NCBI GenBank assembly: GCA_051294375.1
Contig: CM119269.1
Location: 19,877,936 to 19,941,935 of the forward strand
Direction: 5' to 3'
Length of the DNA stretch: 64,000 bases
DNA from: Paraspadella gotoi
Taxonomy: Eukaryota; Animalia; Chaetognatha
The notes beneath the pieces were generated by a model. The model ran no database searches. It was given only the letters and a program-made list of their open reading frames with translations, and had not been told where the DNA came from. Positions 54,308 to 64,000 of this stretch are shown piece after piece (the stretch's first letter is position 1; every line of letters begins with the position of its first letter). The translations under genes and the position numbers were made by a program.

Positions 54308-55292
54308 ATAACTCGAAAACTGGCCATGACCGACGCTGATCTGGAGAGAATGACAATCAAAGCCGACGATTTTGAAAAGTAAGGTCAATTAGGTCCTGGG
54401 AGAGGGTCCCTATGTTTTAAGCTTTAGATTATTTACTTTTAGTTTCTGACGGTTAAAATTAACGTGTTTTTGAATTTAAATGGCACAATTTCAGGCAATG
54501 CCACGATCTGGAGGATGAACTGCGAATCGTGGGAAAAAACATGCGAGAGTTGGAAGTCTCGGAGTGCCGAGTAAGAACGGGCGAACTGGCTGCATTATGT
54601 AAAATTATGTAAAATATAACTAAATAATATATGTAAGTAACTTGTCACGGTCGGTTGCTACAGAATCTTTAGCAACGGTAGGGATCACCTGTGCCGCTCG
54701 GGGCGCGGGGCATTTCGGACTTTCAGTCTCGCTTGGCCAACTAAGCGGGAGACCAGTCATTGTGACTCGGTTTGATGAAGTCGGTTTTGAGTCTCCGCCA
54801 CATATTTGTTAACTAAGAAGGTACGATCGACCTCACCGAAATGTTAATTTAACTAATTTAGGCGCTGGAGAACGAAGAAGTTTATGAATCAACAATTCGC
54901 GAACTTTCTAACCGGTTGAAGGTAAGAAAAGGGAGAGAATGTCAAAAAGAGAACATTTATTTTAAAAATAACATTCGGCGATTAATAGTCCAAAGGTTGA
55001 AGATGAAAAAAAAAATAAAGCAGCAAAAAGAAATAAATCAATGAATTAAAAAATGAACAGAAAAAAAAAAACACGTGTCACGTAAGCTGCCAGTCAATTA
55101 ATCAATCATTCTATCTCTACTCCGGTCTTCCAGGCTTCGGAAAAGCGAAGCACAGAGTTCGAACTTCTGTCCGGAAAATTAGCAAAGGACGTGGACCGAC
55201 TGGAGAAGGAGTTGGACGGAGAGAAGTTGGACATGGTCGCCGTCCAGGACACCATGGAGCAGACCTTGGAACTCTTCGCCAACATGGCTTGA
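54308..55292 (+). CDS. TPM: Tropomyosin alternative 3' cassette C (254-aa isoform)
   Basis: Exons 54308-54378 (71 nt, ITRKLAMTDADLER), 54495-54570 (76 nt, LEDELRIVGKNMRELEVSE), 54862-54921 (60 nt) and 55134-55292 (ends MEQTLELFANMA*). Confidence 0.88.
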
Positions 55293-55913
55293 AGTAGAAG
55301 ATAATCGTGGGGGTCAGGCGCATTGCATCGTTCGCGACTACAGTGACTTGACCTCACATGAACCTCGCCGATCGAGTTTTGTACTTTTGGGACGACGACG
55401 ATAAAAGTTGCCCGCCTTTCCTTGTCGTGAATTTTTTTAATACAGATGAATGTATCATGTCAATGATTAATATTTGTATTTACTAATCGATTATATCTCA
55501 GATTAGAATATACTTACATACATATCGGTAGATGGTTTTAATTCAATTGCATTAAATAAAAAACAATCAGGGTACTTAAAGTGAATTCTAATATATGCGC
55601 TTTTAAAAGTTTTAATCGAATGCAATATGATTTAATTCAATCATCAATAACAAACCAAGCACAATACTGGGACTTATTACGCAAACGCGCGCACAATGAA
55701 AAAAAAAAAGTTGAAACTTTTTCATTGATCGAGATGATTGCGAAGCATTTAAAGGTCAGTAGTAAAGTGCTTCAAACTCTTTTGTTTATGTAGCTATTTC
55801 AAGCAATCGCCCCGTCAGACAAACGTTGATGCTCGGCCTGTGGTTTGCAAAATTGAATTCGCCCAATGCGGACAAATGTGAAAAAGTGCCGACCTGCGAG
55901 TGAGGTGGGTAAT

Positions 55914-55946
<33 letters not shown>

Positions 55947-58930
55947 TATATTCTAAATCTGTTTAATATTAAAGCAGCATTCAGGGTTTCTTTGCCTTTT
56001 TCATATGGTTTGAATTTTGATACACTTTGACTTTCATTTAACCCTATGCTCGTAATTAGGACGGACGGCCGGACTAAGAGACGAACGGAAAAGTTTTTAT
56101 TCTAAATTGACTCAGAGAAAAAAAAACTTTTACGACGGAAATATCGTTGCTCGTTTTTGTGGAAGGGAAGGGAAGGAAACAAGAAGGAGAGGAAAGGAAG
56201 GGAAGAGAATTGTGGGAAGGAAAGGAAGGAAAGAAAAGAAAGGAAAGAAAGAAAAGGAAAGAAAGGAAAGGAGAAGGAAAAAGGAGGAAAAGGGAACGGA
56301 AAAAGAGTGAAAAGAAAAAAGGAAAGTAAAGAAAAAAAAGAAGAAAAAAAAAGAAAAGAAAACAGAAGAAAAGAAAAGAAAGGGAAAATGAAAGTCGTTA
56401 TTGGGTAGTAAAGCGTCATACTAGAGATATATTGGAAATATTTTAGAAATAGGTTGAGAAAACGGATTGAGTGAGGAAAAATAAGGAGAGATGTAAGGAG
56501 AGAGGTAAGGAGAGAAGTAAGGAGAGAAGTAATAAGAGAAGTAAGGAGTAATGGAACCGGGGAAATGGATAAAGTTTGGGGATTGGGAACCGAATAAAAT
56601 ATAGGACCCGATTTGGGAAAATGGACTGAGAAGGGAAAACGGGTAAAGGGAAAAGGGGACCGTTAAAGGGAAATAAGGACTGGGGACTGGTGAAGGAAAA
56701 CAGAGACTGGGGACTGGTGAAAGGAAAATGAGTTCGTGATGAAGAAAAAAAAACAGGGATTCGAGTTTTTGCCTCCAAGTTTTTTTTTCGTCCTTCGCTT
56801 TTGTTCCGCCTGGGATCGAGGAGGACGACGATGACGACGATGACGATGACAACGACGAAATGATAATGATTTTGAGAATCATCGCCTCTATGAAATATGT
56901 AGTAACGTGGAAAGAAAATTAAAGATGATGATGACAACGAGGAATGTTGAATATTTGGACCAAAACCGCGATGACATCGACGACGTTACCAACTAGCAAC
57001 AACAACAACTACAACAACAACTACAACAACAACAACAACAACATCTCAACAACACGAGCATTCGGGCGAGGATCGACGCGGAGCGGACGAGCGACGAGCG
57101 ACGTTCTCATAAAAATCCTCAAAGTCACAGATTATCGAGAGAATCGAGAGAGAGAGAGAGAGAGGAAAAGGAGAGAGAGAGAGATCAGTGATAAATCGAA
57201 GGGGAAAGAATTTCTGAATGTTGGCCTGGGTCTGGTTCTCCTTCTCCCTCAGCCCCTCATTCTTTCTCTGATTATCATTCTCTTTTATGCAACCATTTAG
57301 CTTAGTTTTCTTCTCCTTTTTTTTACTCTTTCTCTTCTCTTTTTTTGGTTCTCCCCCGCTTTATTTTCTCCCATCTACTATCATCTTCTACAAGACTACT
57401 TGCTCTTTTATATCTCAATTCTTTGACCATTTCTCGTACTTTTATCCAGCAGTTCATATGTAATGATTCCACATTTTTACTTCTTTTTCCTGTCCCTCTC
57501 TCTATTTTCCCTCTCTCTATTTTCCCTCTTTCTATTTTCCCTCTCTTTATTTTCCCTCTCTCTATTTTCCCTCTCTCTATTTTCCCTCTCTCTCTTATCC
57601 TCCTTTACTATTAGGCACTACTTCCCTCTTCGTCTCCATCACATTTTTCTCCTCTCTCGTCCTTCTATTCTCTTTTCTTTCTCTCATTCTCTCTTCTTCT
57701 CCCTATCTCTTCCTCTCTCTCTCTTTTACTCTCTTTCTCTCTTCCTCTCCCTCTCTCTTCCTCTCCCTCTCTCTCCCTCTCTCTCCCACTCCCTCTCAAT
57801 CGCGCTCTCTCGTCATATTTTCGTTCCGGTTGAGATCAAGGCAAGAATCGCCTCGTCGCAGAATCCAAGCTCCTGAGGCGGCGTTTTTCTGATGACATCG
57901 TTCATCTGTTTTTCCTCTCTCGTTCATTTTCTCCTTTCATTGTCCTTATGTTTCATTCATGCTTGGTCATTCAGTTTCTCTTTTCTATGTCCTCGCGATT
58001 CATTGATTAATGTTGGTTCATCCAGTCTCTTTTTATAATTATTTACTGAACAAATTGTTTACGATTTCGACATTTATTTTAACCATCGTTTTAACAAAAT
58101 CTGTTGATCTTTCCTAACTTCTCTCGACCGCCCTTTTCCCATACCCTCTCCTCGCGCCACAGAATTCCCTCGGCTAAGAAAAGCCAGTGACAAGATGTCG
58201 CTACCATCGACGTCGCTCACCGGAAGAGAAACAAAAGACTCACGACTTCGCTGCCATCATTAACTTAAATGTATCCAAAAAGACATCCCATTTGCTTCTG
58301 TCGTTATTATTTAGAGGTTAACAAAAAAACACTGAAAACGATAAATATTCAATCGACACTCTGCAAAACTTTCAATGAAAAAAAATCACTTATTATTTTC
58401 AATGCTATAAAGTTTATACTGACCATTTGAGACTCTCGATTCAATAAAATTGACGACGGAGAAAAGATTAATGACAATAAGTGACGACGACACCGACGAT
58501 GACAACAACGACGATCAATGAGAGACGAAGACTTAAGCTTTCGAAATCCTTGAGCAGAATTAAAAGTCAAATCCAGTCGATGAACAAAAAAAAAAAAAAA
58601 AAGAAATCTTTGGTGAGCAGCGTTCATATTGATCCTGTTTTTCTTCTAATTTTTTTTTTCTTTCCTCTTTTCTTCTTCCTTTAACTATAGTTGACGATTA
58701 CAGTCGTCATTGTCATTAATAAAGTTAATAAATAAAAGCCAACGCAATAAATGTCTTCCGACTTGGGTCATTGTTTTTGTTCTCATTATTTTCCTTGTTT
58801 TCCCTCAATCTCTAACGGCGAATGATGTGACTATCGCAGACGTTGTCCTTTGTCATTCTTTTCTTAATCACCCTCCTCCTACTTCTTCCCCTGCTCTTCC
58901 TAATCCTTCATCTATTTCTTCAGCTCCTGC

Positions 58931-58963
<33 letters not shown>

Positions 58964-60805
58964 TCCTCCGCAAATGGCGACCATCACCGACTTTGATCCG
59001 CGATTCATTTCCGGTTTCAACGCAAAACATTAGCGTCGCAGCGGAAAGACGGGGACAACCACATCCGGGGTTTTTTTGGGGGGGGCCGTCCCCTCATTGC
59101 ATCCGGGGGTCGGTAGGGCGTCGGGGTAAAAGAGGGAACAAGGCGGGGAGAAGCGAGTTGGAAGGTAGTGAGGCAAGGGGAGTGAAATAAAGAAGGAATA
59201 AAAGGGAGTCAGACGGGGAGAAGGCAGAAGGAGAGAAGAGAAAAGGAAAGAGGGAAAAGAGTATCTAAGGAATTTGTAAAAAGAAAAAAATCCGAAAAGT
59301 AGTAATGTCAATTTATTTTGAATTGCAAGGGATTGCCACCAAACATTGTCAAGCGGTATTGCGGACCGATTGTTAACTGAAGTAGAATTAGAAAGGCGAA
59401 AACCGAATGTTATCCGGAAAAGAAAAATAAGAAGAGAACGACGCTGAGTAAGACGAGACGAAGACGATAAAGACGGACGAAAAGACGACGAAGTCGATCA
59501 CTCAGAATCATTTGCAGAAACAAATCAGTGAAAACAAAAAAGAAAACGTCTTCGTAGTCGTTGTTGTTGTTTTGTTTTTTTTGACAAGGAAGCTTAAAAA
59601 AAAAAAAAACAGAACTCACATCCGTCGTTCTTATTGTAATTTATTGTAAATACGTATTTTTATTATTTTCATTACCTTCCGTCATTTTTTCCTTGTTCTA
59701 AGTTTAATTTTTATTAAAAGTTGTCAAGTTGTCAAGAAACTTCGAGGTAAGTTGACAAATTGCACTCAGCGAATTAATTCATCGTTCCACAATTTCGGGT
59801 CACCCATCAATTTTTTACTTCTCTACCAATACCCCTTTTCTTTTCTTCCTCTCTCTTCTCTTCATCCCCCTGACGGGATTACGCCTGATCGATTCGACTA
59901 AACGAGGAATCATCCGATTCCTCGTCGTCGTCGTCGTCGTCGTCGTCGACTTCATCGTCTGTGAACCGTCTTGTTCGGTGGATAAAATCACAAGAAAAAA
60001 CTCATCAATTGGATGACGTTGTCTTTGGTCTCTGGTCCCAAGAATTTTTCGTCGGCATCTGAAATGTTTGAGATTAAGTATAATTTTTTTTTTGAATTCT
60101 TTCTCAAACCGGTTACTTCGATTTCTTTTTTATCGTGTTTGATGTTTAATTATATTTAAATATAGTAGTATTAGAGCCATGGGGTCTTTGAGGTATTCAG
60201 AGACAGAGATTCCGAGTCTTATAAAGACTGAGTATTTCGAGTTCTAGAAAGTTCTTTGAATCCCGAGTTTGAGCTGAGACTGAATTTTGGAATCGAGGCT
60301 TTCGGATTTTACCGCGAATCACCAGGCGAAATCAAAATCACTTAAAGGAGTATCTGGTGCAAGCAGTCTTTGTTTGAGTAGGATAATGAAACGAGAACGA
60401 ACTAACTTCACAGGCCATTCTTAAAAAAAATCTGAACTTGAAACTATATTTTAAAGTGGTTAAGAAACTATCGAAATTCGAAAATGATTGTAATGTTTTA
60501 CGCGCTAATCGTTGTAACAGTTTTTTAACATGCGTTGAAAAAATGGGGGAAAAAAAAAAAAGTCCGACGAGGACGAATTTTCTTGGAAGCATAAAATTCC
60601 CAATCGGGAGTTGCCCTTTTTACTCGCCTTTTTCTCCTCTTCTTTCTCCGCTCATCCCCTTCCTCTTTTTTCCATTCTTTTCAATTGCGCAGAATAACTC
60701 TATATAAGTCACTTTTCAGTCGGCCGGTCGGTCCGTCTTTTCTGTCTCTCCTTTCGTTTTAAGTAATATTCTTGTCAGTACGATAATATAACCCTACTTC
60801 TTGTT

Positions 60806-62031
60806 NNNNNNNNNNNNNNNNNNNNNNNNNTTCCAAAAACGCCCCATTTCTGCTCCTTAATCCTTAATCCCTAAACCTTAAATCATAATCCTTAATTTCT
60901 AACCATTTAGCTCGCATCCCTAAACTTTAAAATTAAAAAAACTAATTTAATTCCAAATTTAAGATAAAATGGAGCGTTTCAGGAAGATAAGGCCGAAAAG
61001 TTAAATAATGGTTTTTTTAAATGTATAATCGCTTTAGCTCTGTGCATATTACATTTCGTTCTCGTCTCTTCTCATATTATCTCGGCTCCTCNNNNNNNNN
61101 NNNNNNNNNNNNNNNNNNNNNNNNNNNNNNNNNNNNNNNNNNNNNNNNNNNNNNNNNNNNNNNNNNNNNNNNNNNNNNNNNNNNNNNNNNNNNNNNNNNN
61201 NNNNNNNNNNNNNNNNNNNNNNNNNNNNNNNNNNNCCCTTCTCATCTCAACTCCTTTTTTCTAATCCTTTTCTATCGGTTTTTTTCTTCATCACTTATCC
61301 CAAGTCGCTCGCACTTTTATCATGAGCTGCCATCGTTGCTTTTGATTCCTCGTGAGTCGCGCCAAATTATCGAGTCCCATCCAGAAGATCTCGGGTTCGA
61401 TTCCGGGGCGAAAACTCTGTCGTTGTTGTTGTTGAGGAGGGCTCTCGAATCCTCTCACGTAGTCGGTCCATTTCCCGCGGAGGAACAAATCAGACTGGGA
61501 GAAGATTCGNNNNNNNNNNNNNNNNNNNNNNNNNNNNNNNNNNNNNNNNNNNNNNNNNNNNNNNNNNNNNNNNNNNNNNNNNNNNNNNNNNNNNNNNNNN
61601 NNNNNNNNNNNNNNNNNNNNNNNNNNNNNNNNNNNNNNNNNNNNNNNNNNNNNNNGAAAGAAAGAAAGAAAGAAAGAGAGAAAGAAAGAAAGAACAAACA
61701 AACAGTATCCTCACATAGTGCAAGACGTTGTGCTGAAAGACGACCCAACCTCCTCCCTTCTCGTCGATCGATTCGTCGCATTTGAGAGCAGACGAAAATT
61801 CGGATTCGATTTCGCGCAGAATTTTCGTGGCACCGGATGGCATCGATCGAAGGCAGGCCTCTTAGAAGCCGATTTCGTCAATTTTTATAGTGAATAGGTA
61901 TAACGGAAGGTATGTATAAGTGTCAATATGACATATAGGTTAGCAAAATGGTGTAAATATCTCTATTAGACTACACTTACATCCGTCTACCCATTGCATT
62001 ATAAAAGAATATAAATAACAANNNNNNNNNN
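60806..62031. other. Assembly gaps
   Basis: N-runs at 60806-60830, 61092-61235, 61510-61655 and 62022-62031. Confidence 0.99.
61315..61860 (-). CDS. Fibrinogen-related domain (FReD) protein, N-terminal part of the domain (partial)
   Basis: Exon 61860-61715 (CDESIDEKGGGWVVFQH) and exon (gap)61509-61315 (KWTDYVRGF...EIFWMGLDNLARLT) carry FReD motifs. Confidence 0.85.
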
Positions 62032-62151
62032 CTGTGGCCCCGCGGGGGAGACATTCTGGGCGATGACATATCTCCCAGTTTCTGTCGCCCTTCCTCGCAG
62101 TCTAAACTCCCACAGCCCCACCCTGCCTCTATCACACCTCCCACTTTTTTA

Positions 62152-62813
62152 TCACTCCTCCGACGCCACTCTCATGGCCATGACAGTCTCCCCCAAAAAA
62201 TGAACGTTCCGCCCGTCGAACCAGGCGGGCGGATCTCGGTTGAGGTCGAGATCGTAGCAGGCGTTGTACCACCAGCCTGATCGGTAGGCCTGGGAGCAGG
62301 AGGCGTCGCCGAGGCCGTCGTTGTCGCGATCCTTGGTCGAGAACCGCTCGTTCGAGTGGATTACTGGAGAAAGGAGAGCGTGCTGACAGACTTTCCGGTA
62401 GATTGACAGATCGACTGACTGACAGAAGGTCTCACTGGCTGACAGTCTTACACAATCATTATAGTAAAGAGAGACAAACAATTTTGTCCATCAATATCCA
62501 TCAATCTGTCCATTTCATATATTGACTGGCTGACTGACTGATCGATTGATTGCCCAATTGACAGACCAACGGACCGACGAGAATAATCGACCCAAAAATC
62601 CTCACTCAATGGATCCCAGACTTTCCCGTCGGTGGAGACTCTCATCGTCTTCGGATCCATGTATCTCTCGACGCTGGGCAAATTTCCGTAGTCGGTCAAC
62701 TGACCCACGCGAAGCCGGAAAAAATCATCGGCGTCGGCGACGACAAAGTCGGACCAAATGGCCCACCCCTCGCCGCCGGCCGACACCCCGGCCGAGGTGT
62801 TCGTCCATCGGAC
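62152..62813 (-). CDS. FReD protein, C-terminal part of the domain (partial)
   Basis: Exons 62813-62606 (FVVADADDFFRLRVG) and 62363-62152 (HSNERFSTKDRDND...CSQAYRSGWWYNACYDLDLN...MAMR) are phase-consistent. Confidence 0.9.
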
Positions 62814-62936
62814 CTGCGAAGGAGGGTATTGGTGGAGAGGGGCGAGGGGGATCGGGGTGGAGGGGTCGAAGAAAAATTGGCTCTCTTTTCCAAAAACGCC
62901 CCATTTCTGCTCCTTAATCCTTAATCGAGAGGAGAG

Positions 62937-62993
<57 letters not shown>

Positions 62994-63622
62994 GTCTTTA
63001 AGCGAGTAATCGTATTCCTTTCCTGTACTGGCATTACTGTACCTGTTGTTCACTCCCTGGGAGCTGAATGACTACGTCAGCCCGCTATTTTTTTTCACTA
63101 GGGTACCTTATAAATTCACGCAGTAGGATAACTTACTTTACTTAAAAGTATAACAATATTTGTTTCTTTAATTTTCTGATATTTTTTTCTGTATATTTTT
63201 CAGGATCTTTCTTTTGTACAGAAAACACAATAGGAATAGCAAAACACTTTTACAACGATTCCTTGATAAATTGGCCAGAAGAAGGAAACAAATTACTGAG
63301 ATTACTTGTTAAATAGGAGGACCACCAAAGACGAAACAATATAACACTTGATGATGAATTTAATGAAATATGGATATAAATAGATACAAATAATGAACAA
63401 TTGGAAACGAAAGAGTTTAACAAAACAAAGGAACAACAACAACAAGCCAACCAACAACATACAACAACAAACTTCTCCCTCGTCAAAAAAACAACTCACT
63501 ACCTCGCTCGTAGACGCGTGAGGGGCAATTGAGATTTAGAAAGAAAGAAACGAAAGAGGAAGAAAGAAAGGAGAAAGAGAAGAAAGAAAGAAAGAAGAAT
63601 GAAAGAAGAAAGAAAAAATGAG

Positions 63623-63653
<31 letters not shown>

Positions 63654-63668
63654 AATGAAGATGAGAGA

Positions 63669-63699
<31 letters not shown>

Positions 63700-64000
63700 A
63701 AGATGAGAGCAAGAACAGAAAGACAAGAAAAGACAGACAGAACAGAAAGAAAAAAAAAGAAAATTGAGAGAAAAAGAAAAGAAAGAAAGAAGAAAAAAGA
63801 GACGAAGAAAAGAAAGAAAGAAAGAGACGCATGAAAATAAATAAAAAAAATAAAATAAATTTTTAAAACAAATACATGAAAATTTACAAAATAAATGATT
63901 TGAAAAGCTTATGTCATTAAATATCTTACAACGAATTATTACTCTAAGTAGAAATAAGATTTCGTAGAGAAAGTACTGAACGTCCTACGCAGTCGGGTGT

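Noticed and set aside
51897-55292. Three independent tropomyosin genes
   Set aside because: Blocks B and C begin at an acceptor with an exon-5 homologue; no start exon or exons 1-4 were found in the spacers.
56780-60070. Scattered GC-rich exon-like patches
   Set aside because: No phase-consistent model or family motif could be built on either strand.

Overview
Eukaryotic, AT-rich, intron-containing DNA, most likely from an invertebrate animal (species not determinable). It carries abundant (AG)n and (GAC)n microsatellites, homopolymer indels typical of long-read consensus, and N-gaps after 60.8 kb. Most ORFs in the supplied track are microsatellite or antisense artefacts, so genes were rebuilt by hand from GT-AG boundaries and codon phase. 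Genes found: an Ig-superfamily type-I membrane protein (-); a ~1630-aa disordered, tyrosine-motif-rich protein (+) with a small PAN/Apple membrane-protein gene nested antisense in its intron 2; a divergent anoctamin/TMEM16 (+); a short-form tropomyosin (+); and a fibrinogen-domain gene (-) split across gaps. Repeats include a ~330-bp satellite, TTAA-flanked Kolobok-like MITEs, a Tc1 relic, Helentron/DINE-like ends and two Penelope-type hammerhead cores inside inverted repeats. Most notable: (1) the anoctamin has lost most canonical Ca2+-binding residues, with Glu to Arg in TM8; (2) the tropomyosin has one shared 5' half and three tandem multi-exon 3' halves; (3) an exon-end/splice-donor junction has been amplified into a minisatellite; (4) a perfect 167-bp palindrome contains hammerhead cores.
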